Positions 12,732 to 26,649 of a stretch of 64,000 nt of DNA are shown here, one piece after another. Both the position numbers and the translations under genes were made by a program. The stretch's first letter is position 1. Each line of letters begins with the position of its first letter. The notes under the pieces were generated by a model that did not search any database, was not told where the DNA came from, and was given only the letters and a program-made list of their open reading frames with translations. Source of the stretch: Octopus sinensis (taxonomy: Eukaryota). The stretch spans positions 68,944,001-69,008,000 of the forward strand of contig NC_043001.1 in the NCBI RefSeq assembly GCF_006345805.1, given 5' to 3'.

Positions 12732-14944
12732 TACTTAATAACAGTGTGATTGGCCTGGTACAAATTATTTAAAGCTTTATGTATGCATAGGGCACGTGCA
12801 TTTCATCTGATATCAGATGTTGCACACACATATACATTTCATTTGTATTAATACAAAAATATTTTTGTTTATGTTAATTTTAATTTGAAACATGTTGGGA
12901 TTTGTTTAGTCCTGTGATCTTTGTCATTTGGAAAATATCTTCAATAGGTTGTAATAGATTGTTAGCAGGGGTCATTTCGGACTCTTATGTGAAGGACTTT
13001 TGTTTGATACTTTCTGAATTTCTAATTAAGTTTGGTGTCGGTGTTGAATACAAGACCCTTATATTTGAGACAGTTAAAGACCTGATCCCTTTTCTGTATG
13101 AACGAAGAAATGGAAATATATTTATTAGAATGATCAACAGGGTTCTTCATAATTCAGCTTATACGAGTTATTATCACTCCTGGAGAGTGTTTATTCCAAA
13201 TCACTTTCCATGAAAGTAGGATAAGATAAACTTACCTAGAAGTCGTAATTCACGCGTAACTACAGTTATGAGATCTCAATACCTAGATTAATAAGGATAT
13301 CTCTTTAGAAATGCATTCCTTCTTAATCGTTATTCATACCTGTTATTTACTTGTATGCATAAACGGTTTCAAACAATATTTGAGTTTGTTTTTTAGAAAT
13401 ACTAATTTACAATTGTTAATGAGAGAAAAAATCATTTTCATCTTTCTCATGCAGCAGCTATGATCATCCAAACTCATGATTAAACTACTAATTTTCCATA
13501 TGTCAACATTTTACGAACAACTAAAACTCTAGAGTTCCTTTAATATGCTACACACAATACATTTGTTTGCATTTATCATGAAGATTTCAAATCAAAGAGA
13601 TGTACATTATTAATGAAGCACATTTCTACATCTAACCAATATCTTCCGGAATTGACAGTTATAATTTTCTCAAATCCATGAGATATACGACATTTCCTGT
13701 CTATGAAACGAGCAAAAAAGCCCCAGATTGCTTGATAACTAAATATACATTATACACCGAAAACGAAAACAATGAGATTTCAGGATTTTTTTACTGGTCT
13801 CCATAATTAGCATGCTCGCAAATTATATATACGAAAAAAACAAAAAAAAAAAACAATAACAAAGCAAAGCTGGAGAAGTGTTAAATAAGATTTTTGTGGC
13901 AGTTTCTTACAGGAGCTTCAGTAGTGTTTACAGTGGGACTATACAATCTAGGAGAAGTAAGAATTGCAAGACTTCATTTCATGCGGGATTCTCAAAATAT
14001 TGACTGAAACATCGGTACGATAACATTATTCAATAATCTATTGATCAGTTCTCCAATTTTATTATGCCTAGCTCGCCAGGTAGCTACCTACATAAATAAA
14101 TAGATGCATTAATACACACGCACACACACACACACACACATATACACACATACACACACACACATATAGTAAATCCCCCCCCACAAAAGAATAAACAACA
14201 CGAGTACTGGGTACATGCAAGATATTAGCAGACGCTCAAGAAACGAAAGAAATTGATCTTACGTTTCAAACAAAGGTCTTCGTGAGAAGCAGGAGACGGA
14301 GGAAAATCCAAGAGAAAAGGCAGAGGGAGGAAAATAATCGACAACGATCCACATGTGGTTACATTTTGTGTGTATGTATGTATGTATGTATGTATGTATG
14401 TATGTATGTATGTATGTATGCATGTATGTATGTATGTATGTATGTAAGTATATATGTATGCATGTATGTATATATGTATGCATGTATATGGAAGCAATAA
14501 TGCGGATAGACAAATTAGATACATTGAATATATTAAACATGGAAGTCTGGGTATGAATACAAAATACGTATATATGTATACAAAACGAGTGAAAGCAAAA
14601 GGTGGCGAATTTCAGCTGATGAATTTTGGTGTATAATATGTAGATACATATATTAATAGGTCCAACTTACATAGTACAAACAAGTACGAAAATTAATGGG
14701 GTGGAAGAAATGTGTTATAAGTCCAACGGCTGTTTCTGGTGGCTCGGAGATCCATAATAATGTTGGTAGATCACAAGTTCATCACAATATGCGGCTGTAA
14801 TGGATGCACATAACATTAGATAAGGCGAACCTCTGTCATGAGGGTACAGAAGATTTTACATTTCAGATAGTCATACACGTAGACACACACGCATACGCAC
14901 ACATACATACACACACATATATACACAAACGTACAATATATATG

Positions 14945-14981
<37 letters not shown>

Positions 14982-17900
14982 GCATATATATATATATATA
15001 TATTTGTATTTGAATATAAATGTATATATATTTTTTCATAGATATACATGCATATATGCACACACACACACACACATACACACACACACACACACATACA
15101 TACATACATATATATTGTGTGCTTCTGCTATTGGTAGGATCAACAAAAAAGTATTCCATCCAGCAAGAGATAAATATCTGTGGACGCCCCCAGGCTATGA
15201 AGTAGACTAGCCCAATATGTAGATATAGAGGGAGGAGACTAGAACAGTTGAGCACAGCTGAGAGTAGTAGAGAGAGTCGAATTGAGTAGTAGAGTCATCC
15301 GAACGTGCGACATAACAGTATGTATGGAGGTATATGTGTATATACATACATACGAGAGTATGTAGTTTGCATTCTAGAGAGTATTTAGAAAGGAAGAAAA
15401 GAAGAGGAAAATCTGCATGACAGCCACAATTATAGACTGAAATCCTAACTACATATATTAAAGGAAATCTGCTCCAAATGCAGTACTCTACAAGACCCGA
15501 AAGAGAGGAATATGGCAACCTAGGAATGGTGGTGCTAAGGAGGGTGGTGGTGCTACTAGATAAATATAAGTGCATGACCATCATGTTATTTTCGAAAACA
15601 GAAAATATTAATGATGCAGCCAATAATGCAAACTGTGTAACCCAACCTTTGTATTCAGTTTTTCACACCTAGTCCTTAAAAAATCTCATTATACTCACAG
15701 AGAGGATCGAGTTAGCAAATATATGACAAATATGTGACATAAAAAAACGTAAAAATATTTGAAGAACATACAGGCCAAAGTACGTGACAGCAATTTCACT
15801 ATAATCAACTGTGATTTACTAATCTAGTATGACGTCAAGGTGAAGCCTTTATATACACTTATCAATGACAATAAAGGGCATGTCCCTGATCTACGCCGCA
15901 GCAACTTCTGATGAATCATTTTGAGATGCTAATAATGTGGTACTGCATCATATAAACTATATCAAGTGCCATTGATTACGCTTTGCTTTCGACCGGCAAT
16001 CTTCCAAGATTTCAGTAATTCTATTCATAGGAACGATGATGTAATCCTATCAGGTGTCTGAACTAAAAGTTAGATGACAAGTAGTATAAAGTTGTGACTA
16101 ATTGATTGATAATTAAGTAGTGAACCAAGGGATTCAGAGAAAGATGGAGAAAGGAAAATCAAACAAAGAGGGATTTTTACAGTAATTATAAAAGAATTGA
16201 GAGTCTCAATGCGAACAATCCTAATAGTAGATGTAGTATTTCAATGTGTAATAATGACAAATGTAACAGAAAACTAATGAAGAATTTATACAGGATTTAT
16301 TGAAGCAAAATAAATTCATTAGCAAAGAAAGAAGAATGAAGAGAACAAAGAAGGAAAAGTAGAATTCTATATAGCACAGATCATAATTGAAAGAAAAATT
16401 ATTAGAAAAGAGTGGAAGAAAGTAGATTAAGAAACTTAGTAAAGAATATTAGGTGAATGTGAAGTGTTATTGGAATAAAGGATTTTGGAAAAGTTCAGGC
16501 TGATATAAAATTCAATATGACAATGATATTTCTGTAGAAATCACCAAAAATAAGGTCAAAAACACTAGAAATAAATTATCTCGCAGAAATTGTAGTAACT
16601 TAATTGAAAGTAAAACAAAGACAAGACAACATAATGATACCGAGGGAAGGGGAGAGAGAGGAAAGTTAATGAGAATCATTCTAGATTTCATGAATGATTA
16701 ATCAATTTAGCCAATGTGAAATATCAGAGCAAACGGTCTGGGATATTATCAAGATAGTATGTCTCTTTATACAATTATATTGTAGAAGTGTCAGAGTCGT
16801 AGGCGCATGACAAAACGTGTTCACACTTCATAGGGTATTGCAATATGAGTAAAAAAATGAATACTGTAACAGCTGCGTGTTTTTGATGAATCTACTGTGA
16901 TATTAATGTTTCAGGGTCAACAGATGATCTCATATTAAATCAGTTGCCACACGCCTTTACCACTAGTATCTCCATATCATACAATGATTGAAAAGTGTCA
17001 TTTAGAACAATGTGAAATGGTGCCAGGAATACAGCACTTAGTTGGTAGATCTAATTTTTGTCGGGTTAATCACCACGGTCTGAAACTTGGTGCCTTTAGT
17101 GGAGTGGATTCCATTGCATACACCAGATCCCCAGTTTGCAAACAATTTGATATCCACGCAAAATCATTCAGTTTGCAACAGCCTATAATCCTTAATTTAA
17201 TCTCTGACCCCAGTCAACAAAATCTCAGATGCCTTGGAAATTTCATAAGTGCAGTTGTACCCTCTCTGATTCTCGGTCATTCAAGGAATTGATTGAGAAT
17301 CAGGAAATAATGGAGATGTGTAAATCTGAACTTTGGCGAAGAATATCAAAACCATGAATGTCGGTAGTAGGAATAAATCAATCAAGTGAAGATAATGATA
17401 AACTAGAACATATCAAACGTACACGGTGGAAAATAACATCTGAAAATAGTATTATAAATGTTAATAAATCAGGACAAACTGTATGGCGTGAGAATTCAAT
17501 ATCAATATAGAATACCAAGCCTGAAAATGTCTGGGTCACACTTAGAACATAATTTTAGATTGACAAAAAGTCACAATCCTTCATTTATTATTGAAATGAT
17601 GATATTCGGAAAGCTAAATATCGGTCGCCTCATGAATGAGAACAGCAAAATCTCACAGTATTCACGCAGTTAGAGATGACATGAATTATTAAAGAGAGAA
17701 ATTGTTTCAAGAATGCTGTATTTATAGCCAGAGATGAAACCAGATTAAATATATATGATTCTGAGAATACATTACCATATCTCAGATGACAGGAAATAAT
17801 ATCGAATCACATACGAAGAAACATTGCTTAAACTGAAATTTAAGTAAACAGACCACATGGATCAACCATTTAGCGACGAAGTTCAAAATATAAAAAAAAA

Positions 17901-18489
17901 AACCATCTTATGCTTAAGGATATTTGAAATCCAAAGCTAAGAAATAATACTTGATAGAGGCTGTTACACATTCCAGCAAGAGAATAGGGTTCTATTGAGA
18001 TTGAATAGCAATATATGCTTTGAAATCAGGAGATAAAAGGAGCATGGCAGTATGATCATGTTTAATCTATGAGTAAATGTTGGAGACAGTTTAGAATATA
18101 AGAGATGTTGTAAGTAGATTAAACTAATATATTTGCACTAATGATGAGTGGGGGCGTGTATATGAGCAGCTTCGTCAGTTGATTGAAAATACAGCGACAT
18201 AGAAAAGAAAGTCAAAGTCAGAAAGGAACCGATGTGAACAGATAAAAACAATTATAAAGTTTTCTTCTCCAGGTGTTTCAGAAGAAAGCATAGAAAGCAG
18301 AATATAAGTAATGGAATTGAGTAAAAATCATAGGAAACAGGAATCCAAATTTCGGGTAAATAAAAATAAAGGATTAGAAGACATAGTCAAATTAAATACA
18401 ACAAAATCGTGAAACAGAGAAGGGGTAGGGGAATTTTATTTAAAAAGATCGAATAGTAGAAATTTAGTGTGAGAATATAGAAAAATAGA

Positions 18490-18760
18490 AGATTTGAATG
18501 GAACTGTTGTGTTCTTGAGCAAGACACTTTATATCACGTTGCTCCAGTTTACTCAGCTGTAGAAATGAGTTTCGACGTCACAGGTGCCAAACTGTATCGG
18601 CCTTTTCCTTTCCCTTGGATAACACTGGTGGCGTGGAGAGGGGAGGCCGGTATGCATGGGCGACTGATTGTATTCCACAAACAACATGGCCCGGACTTGT
18701 GCCTAGGAGGTTGACTTTCTAGGTGCACTCCCACGGTAAGTCATGACCGAAGGGGGTCAC
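18490..18760 (+). mobile_element. Third SINE family with a TGTTCTTGAGCAAG core. Also 47690-47820(-) and 63145-63260(+)
   Basis: Shared GTTCTTGAGCRAGRYAC motif; tRNA-like head visible in the 47690 and 63145 copies. Confidence 0.6.
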
Positions 18761-18921
18761 AACATTATTTTGTCCTTATAGGAAAGATAGTATATTTTCT
18801 AATGACCTTCCATCGTTAACGAATCGAAAAAAGGAGTGTAAATAAATATATAAATATTTTATAAACACTCTTACCTATCTTACATATTTGCGTTATACAC
18901 ACACACACATACACACACACA

Positions 18922-18953
<32 letters not shown>

Positions 18954-19566
18954 CAATACACCCAGAAGTACATGTTTGCACACACACATACACACATATA
19001 TATACGCTCGCGCGCGAGCACACACACATATATTTAGGAAAAATTCCAAACTCTCTATCAGCTAGATAGTGCTAAAATGCCGCAACAAAGATACTTTGGA
19101 AGAAAAGGAGCGTCAATCCGAGAGTCAAGTACTATGCGTGATGTTGAGATTGATATGAACAACAATGCCTCGTTTCACAGAAATATCCCCGAGATGCTGG
19201 CTGTGTGCAGGCAAATGGCCGGATGTTTCTTTCAGATCTTTAAGAATAAGGGACCAGTAAACTATGTTGATTCTAGGATATTTGTCGTCCGCTGTCCAGA
19301 TTGATAGTCTCAACTGTAATCACCACAAAGTGTCAAATTAATACCGGAACTTGAGTAAGTTCAGGCGTGATACTCTCGGGAAAACTGCATCGACAACCTG
19401 AAGTCCAAGGTCCCAGATGAACCTACAGAACGGCAAAAAACTGAAAAGTGAGATGTCGATCTCCCTCTTCAAAAGAATATGTATACTTAAAGAAGCATAC
19501 AAGTACATAAAGACGTACAAACACGCATGCATATTAAATATATATATGTATATATATATGTATATA

Positions 19567-19629
<63 letters not shown>

Positions 19630-19800
19630 AAAGGGCTTAGTAAAATAAATTACTTTGCCGCATACTGAACTCGTTAGAAATAGCAGCTAAAAAAACTATT
19701 TCTAACACTTAAAGAAAACCTCTCTCATATAGTGTTTGCTCAATTCAACTCAAGAAAGTATGAGGGTAGAGACATTAAAAAATCAAATGCAAAGGTTATT

Positions 19801-19853
19801 TGAGTACGTACGTTTCAAGATTAGCCAAAATCGACCCTTCTCTCATCAGCTCA
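19801..19853 (-). ncRNA. Type I hammerhead ribozyme motif of the 552-bp unit (also 20353-20405 and 20905-20957, minus strand)
   Basis: UGAG-CUGAUGA-GAGA...UCUU-GAAA-CGUACG-UA^CUCA: stem I UGAG/CUCA, consensus core, stem II GAGA/UCUU, palindromic stem III ACGUACGU. Confidence 0.8.
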
Positions 19854-21501
19854 GAATGCCCTTGTTTGAATTTGAAAACACTGAAAATGGGAGCATACCC
19901 TTTCGGCTTGTTATCGCTTCTGAAGATCTGTTCCAAACTAACAGTGCCAACAAAATCAAATATGCAAGAGAAAAATTTCTGCTCTCCCCTTTCCACCAGC
20001 GTGGATTAAAATCAGCAAACACTATGCTTTTTTCGGTAAAATCCGAGACAATTAAGTAGAGAGAGATGAATTATAATTTCAACAATTGAGGGTAAAATTA
20101 ATTAATTAATTAATCAATTTCACCAAGTATTCAGTATGCAAAGGGACCATTTAAGGCAAATTCAAATTATTACATTATATAAAAGGGCTTAGTAAATAAA
20201 TTACTTTGCCGCATACTGAACTCGTTTGAAATAGCAGCTAAAAAAAACTATTTCTAACACTTAAAGAAAACCTCTCTCATATAGTGTTTGCTCAATTCAA
20301 CTCAAGAAAGTATGAGGGTAGAGACATTAAAAAATCAAATGCAAAGGTTATTTGAGTACGTACGTTTCAAGATTAGCCAAAATCGACCCTTCTCTCATCA
20401 GCTCAGAATGCCCTTGTTTGAATTTGAAAACACTGAAAATGGGAGCATACCCTTTCGGCTTGTTATCGCTTCTGAAGATCTGTTCCAAACTAACAGTGCC
20501 AACAAACTCAAATATGCAAGAGAAAAATTTCTGCTCTCCCCTTTCCACCAGCGTGGGTTAAAATCAGCAAACACTATGCTTTTTTCGGTAAAATCCGAGA
20601 CAATTAAGTAGAGAGAGATGAATTATAATTTCAACAATTGAGGGTAAAATTAATTAATTAATTAATCAATTTCACCAAGTATTCAGTATGCAAAGGGACC
20701 ATTTAAGGCAAATTCAAATTATTACATTATATAAAAGGGCTTAGTAAAATAAATTACTTTGCCGCATACTGAACTCGTTAGAAATAGCAGCTAAAAAAAC
20801 TATTTCTAACACTTAAAGAAAACCTCTCTCATATAGTGTTTGCTCAATTCAACTCAAGAAAGTATGAGGGTAGAGACATTAAAAAATCAAATGCAAAGGT
20901 TATTTGAGTACGTACGTTTCAAGATTAGCCAAAATCGACCCTTCTCTCATCAGCTCAGAATGCCCTTGTTTGAATTTGAAAACACTGAAAATGGGAGCAT
21001 ACCCTTTCGGCTTGTTATCGCTTCTGAAGATCTGTTCCAAACTAACAGTGCCAACAAACTCAAATATGCAAGAGAAAAATTTCTGCTCTCCCCTTTCCAC
21101 CAGCGTGGGTTAAAATCAGCAAACACTATGCTTTTTTCGGTAAAATCCGAGACAATTAAGTAGAGAGAGATGAATTATAATTTCAACAATTGAGGGTAAA
21201 ATTAATTAATTAATTAATCAATTTCACCAAGTATTCAGTATGCAAAGGGACCATTTAAGGCAAATTCAAATTATTACATTATATAAAAGGGCTTAGTAAA
21301 ATAAATTACTTTGCCGCATACTGAACTCGTTAGAAATAGCAGCTAAAAAAAAAACTATTTCTAACACTTAAAGAAAACCTCTCTCATATAGTGTTTGCTC
21401 AATTCAACTTAAGAAAGTATGAGGGTAGAGACATTAAAAAATCAAATGCAAAGGTTATTTGAGTACATTTTCAGTGTTTTCAAATTCAAACAAGGGCATT
21501 C

Positions 21502-21554
21502 TGAGCTGATGAGAGAAGGGTCGATTTTGGCTAATCTTGAAACGTACGTACTCA
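21502..21554 (+). ncRNA. Type I hammerhead ribozyme motif in inverted copies (also 22056-22108 and 22607-22659, plus strand)
   Basis: Identical sequence TGAGCTGATGAGAGAAGGGTCGATTTTGGCTAATCTTGAAACGTACGTACTCA. Confidence 0.8.
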
Positions 21555-22936
21555 AATAACCTTTGCATTTGATTTTTTAATGTCTCTACCCTCATACTTT
21601 CTTGAGTTGAATTGAGCAAACACTATATGAGAGAGGTTTTCTTTAAGTGTTAGAAATAGTTTTTTTTTAGCTGCTATTTCTAACGAGTTCAGTATGCGGC
21701 AAAGTAATTTATTTTACTAAGCCCTTTTATATAATGTAATAATTTGAATTTGCCTTAAATGGTCCCTTTGCATACTGAATACTTGGTGAAATTGATTAAT
21801 TAATTAATTAATTTTACCCTCAATTGTTGAAATTATAATTCATCTCTCTCTACTTAATTGTCTCGGATTTTACCGAAAAAAGCATAGTGTTTGCTGATTT
21901 TAACCCACGCTGGTGGAAAGGGGAGAGCAGAAATTTTTCTCTTGCATATTTGAGTTTGTTGGCACTGTTAGTTTGGAACAGATCTTCAGAAGCGATAACA
22001 AGCCGAAAGGGTATGCTCCCATTTTCAGTGTTTTCAAATTCAAACAAGGGCATTCTGAGCTGATGAGAGAAGGGTCGATTTTGGCTAATCTTGAAACGTA
22101 CGTACTCAAATAACCTTTGCATTTGATTTTTAATGTCTCTACCCTCATACTTTCTTGAGTTGAATTGAGCAAACACTATATGAGAGAGGTTTTCTTTAAG
22201 TGTTAGAAATAGTTTTTTTTAGCTGCTATTTCTAACGAGTTCAGTATGCGGCAAAGTAATTTATTTTACTAAGCCCTTTTATATAATGTAATAATTTGAA
22301 TTTGCCTTAAATGGTCCCTTTGCATACTGAATACTTGGTGAAATTGATTAATTAATTAATTAATTTTACCCTCAATTGTTGAAATTATAATTCATCTCTC
22401 TCTACTTAATTGTCTCGGATTTTACCGAAAAAGCATAGTGTTTGCTGATTTTAACCCACGCTGGTGGAAAGGGGAGAGCAGAAAATTTTCTCTTGCATAT
22501 TTGAGTTTGTTGGCACTGTTAGTTTGGAACAGATCTTCAGAAGCGATAACAAGCCGAAAGGGTATGCTCCCATTTTCAGTGTTTTCAAATTCAAACAAGG
22601 GCATTCTGAGCTGATGAGAGAAGGGTCGATTTTGGCTAATCTTGAAACGTACGTACTCAAATAACCTTTGCATTTGATTTTTTAATGTCTCTACCCTCAT
22701 ACTTTCTTGAGTTGAATTGAGCAAACACTATATGAGAGAGGTTTTCTTTAAGTGTTAGAAATAGTTTTTTTTTTTAGCTGCTATTTCTAACGAGTTCAGT
22801 ATGCGGCAAAGTAATTTATTTTACTAAGCCCTTTTATATAATGTAATAATTTGAATTTGCCTTAAATGGTCCCTTTGCATACTGAATACTTGGTGAAATT
22901 GATTAATTAATTAATTAATTTTACCCTCAATTGTTG

Positions 22937-22980
<44 letters not shown>

Positions 22981-24520
22981 TGCCATTTTCGCATGAATAA
23001 TATACGTTTTCAACATACTCCATTATAATTTTTAGCAAATATTTTATCAGAACTAGAAAATGACAGAATTACATGCTGCTATTTCTGTAGCAGAATGAAC
23101 TTAGAGACGAAATAACCCAACTATAATCTGGATTGGTAGGAGAGAATAACAGTGTGGTCATGAGATGGCAATATAGCTACAAAGTTTATTTATCTCCTTA
23201 TCACCATCAAAAGATCTAATGCAGCTAGTATACTACGTCCACTAAGAGTTAAAACCACTGGGAATTGACAGTTAAGTTCTATCTGCTGATAAATTCATTA
23301 ATGTCAGATACTCTCCTAAACCCCTAATTTACTATGGCCATAAATTCCCTATGATCACATAAAGAAACAAATCCCAGAAGTCAGTAAGATAATGGAAAAT
23401 GCCCAGAAAAGCGAGGGTGGGGTGACATATTATCAGTTAAAGTGGTCTAAAATAGAAAACAAAGGACATCACAATGAGATCTAAATGAGCATTAAATGTA
23501 CGGGGCAATGAATGGCAAAATTAATATAGTGTTATTCAATTTTGTATAATAGAAACTAAATTTTTAAACATTTAGAAAGGGATATAAGGACCAGATTAGA
23601 TACGAAGGATATATAAAAAGGATATATAAACCAGTTTAAGCCCTAAAAAAGTAGATTACATTTATATAAAATAGAAGCTTCATAATACTTCATTCTAGCG
23701 AACTTTAAGGTGGTCATGTTGAAACCATTTAAGCAGTGAGCCCAGATTCCATTCAGAATTCATCCGAGAAAGAGGTAGACATTATCTATTGACTGAAAAT
23801 CAAGGATCAAAGACAAAAAAATGAGATCATTGTTTCTATGCCAGATAAAATTATTTAAAAAATATGATTGTATAAAAATTCCAGCATTTAAGAAATATCC
23901 TAAAGGATGTAAGGATATAAGGAAATATAAAAAAATATGGCCTATGTATATATATATATATATATATCATTCTAGCACACGATCTCAGATCAAGTCACTC
24001 GCTATGCAAGTACATCTCCGTAATATATATATACGCAAAAATATCATATATGTATATATCTATATATGAAGAATATATTATAATTATAAAATGATATTAT
24101 AAATAACTAAAAAATATAAATGTAACTACCATACTGTATTATATCTTACCTTGCTTAACTGCAGAGAAACGTTACAACCCTTCTGCAAATCATAGAATGT
24201 TACAGTATATACCATTTTAAATAGGTATACAAAATGCAAAATTCAATAATATAATATACGGTGATTACACCGTTTTTCCTTCAATTCCAAGATTTCCGCC
24301 CTATCAGTCAGAATAGGTATAACTAGGATGTGATATCAGATAGCACGCCTCCGTCAGGAATGCTCAATACCCACTAGGAACAATATAATTCTACATACAA
24401 CTATGCTTGCGATACTATATTTTATAAAACCACATCCAATAGTATTCTCATCTTACTTTATTTCTTAATTTACTTTGTTTGGTATACCGCGACCTATTCT
24501 TATTATTATTTTATTTTATT

Positions 24521-25283
24521 ATTTTCTTTTTTTAATTTTTTCTTACTATTCTTATTTCTATTTTTGTCTTTTTTCTCTCCTTATATCCAGTGTGCTTCTT
24601 ATGGCTTCGACAGTGAAAAGAGTTTTTGACCTTATATTCATTCTTTATGTCTGTTTTATCATTTCATAAATGCCTTATATACACACACACACACACATAT
24701 ATATGTATACATACATATATATATAGGCCATTCGACTCACTAAAACGAGCAGCCAAACTCAAACCGCTAAATAGTAGTAATTCAGAAATCAAAGGAAAAT
24801 TAAAAACATTTACCCTTATCATCTTTGGACTATGCATAGTTTCGACGTACATTTTGGCAAACCAGCTTAATTAAATTAAATTTAATTTAATTAAATCAAT
24901 TTACCACTGGCCCGTCTCATCGGCAAAGAAGCCAGGGGGAATATATATTCCACGAGGCAACAGCATCGATGCCGTTTTAATTTTAATTTTAGGCCATTTT
25001 AATTTTCCTTTGATTTCTGAATTACTACTATTTAGCGGTTTGAGTTTGGCTGCTCGTTTTAGTGAGTCGAATGGCCTATATATATATGTATGTATACATA
25101 TATATGTGTGTGTGTGTGTGTATATATAAGGCATTTATGAAATGATAAAACAGACATAAAGAATGAATATAAGGTCAAAAACTCTTTTCACTGTCGAAGC
25201 CATAAGAAGCACACTGGATATAAGGAGAGAAAAAAGACAAAAATAGAAATAAGAATAGTAAGAAAAAATTAAAAAAAGAAAAT
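24521..25283. repeat. Near-perfect inverted repeat of about 285 bp with a 191-bp spacer containing a hammerhead motif
   Basis: 24521-24805 versus 24997-25283; the arms differ essentially only in microsatellite length. Confidence 0.95.
24822..24929 (-). ncRNA. Type I hammerhead motif, CCGAUGA core, long stem II extension
   Basis: UCUUUG-CCGAUGA-GACG...CGUC-GAAA-CUAUGCAUAG-UC^CAAAGA: 6-bp stem I, 4-bp stem II base, perfect 12-nt palindromic stem III. Confidence 0.7.
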
Positions 25284-26649
25284 CCTCCTTGCTTTATACT
25301 TATTTCTAGAGAGATTAGATCTTTTTGATGTGGCATATTTTTTCAATATTGTAAGAAAAAAAATTATGAACATAGAAATTATACATTGATCCCTATTTTT
25401 ATAGTATGTTTTTATTTTTGTATGTAGTATAAATTAACCAAATAGAAGCAGATGTTTGAACCGCTAATTTAAAGGTAAATGCCGCAATAGTTATTATAGA
25501 GGAATTTCTTTATATATATATACTAAACACATGTATTAAATGTTAATTTAAGGGTAAATAAGTTGTTGTAAACAGCTGTAAATACCTTACAACCTTGCAA
25601 CTGCTTCATTAATCATTAACTAGTAATTAAACTGCAAATGTGTATTTTTATATACCTTGGACCTGCCACCTCATTTTTTTTTTTTGTCAATAGTATATCA
25701 CCACCAACCATTCGTTATATCAGCCATCACATACACTGACACACCATTCTGGTGTGGTGGCCGTAAAGACGGAGACTTGCTGATGCATTATGTTCTTTAA
25801 ATTACGATGTAAATTATTCATATATTTCAAATATAATAGAAATAAGATGATTTTAATTTTATCACATTAGAATTAAACGTGAAAGAATGAAAGTGAAAGA
25901 ATATTATAGCCTTATCACATTATAGATGCTAAGCAGCTTTCTTTATGATAGTACAGATATGATTGATTCACTGAAACGCTACTTTCATTATAGAAACACA
26001 GTCACTCCCATAAAGCAACATTTTGAAATTTTAGTTGAAATTGAAAGTATGAAACTATTTTCACTTTCTAATTAAAGTTGGGCGTTGTAGAGCAGTGTCT
26101 TTCAAATACCTATAGCTGGTTGTTGAGATAACGCAGAATATATGTAAATGAAAATATAATTTATTTGGTAGCCAAAAACTTAATGAATAGTTTGATAACT
26201 CATACGTCAAAATGGGCAATCAAATTTTGGAATGCATAAGGAACATACACGCGTACACACACGCACGCACGAAAACACACACACACACACACACACATAC
26301 ATACACACACACATACATTCTCTCTCTCTTTTTCTCTGCACAGCAGTGTTTAAGGTCAATCTAAGGCAGAAGGCTTTAGTCTGCAAGCCTTAGTTTCGTT
26401 GCTGTGGCTACAGTCCGGATATTTATATATATATTATATATATATATATTATATATTATATATATAATATATGTATTATATATATTATATATTTTATATA
26501 TATATCGTATATATATATTATATCATATATATATTATATATTATATATATAATATATGTATTATATATATCATATATTATATATATATATCGTATATATA
26601 TATTATATCATATATATATATTATATATATAAACATATATTATATACAA

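Larger units (their letters stand above)
19622..22940. repeat. 552-bp tandem array: about 3.3 direct copies then about 2.7 inverted copies, flanked by (TA)n; each unit carries a hammerhead motif
   Basis: Unit starts at 19622, 20174, 20726 and 21278. Orientation switches at 21466/21467. Inverted unit ends at 21735, 22287 and 22842. Confidence 0.97.

Noticed and set aside
16000-18480. Purine-skewed stretch resembling a very old LINE
   Set aside because: No RT or endonuclease motif could be read with confidence.
19736-22724. Repeated 107-aa, 69-aa and 66-aa ORFs in the 552-bp unit
   Set aside because: They need near-cognate starts, show no recognisable domain, and are frameshifted by homopolymer indels in the inverted copies. 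The unit is better explained as structured RNA.
26360-26412. Minus-strand GAAA followed by a CTAAGGC/GCCTTAG stem
   Set aside because: It has no CUGANGA-type core and no A15.1-U16.1 pair, so it is not a supportable hammerhead.
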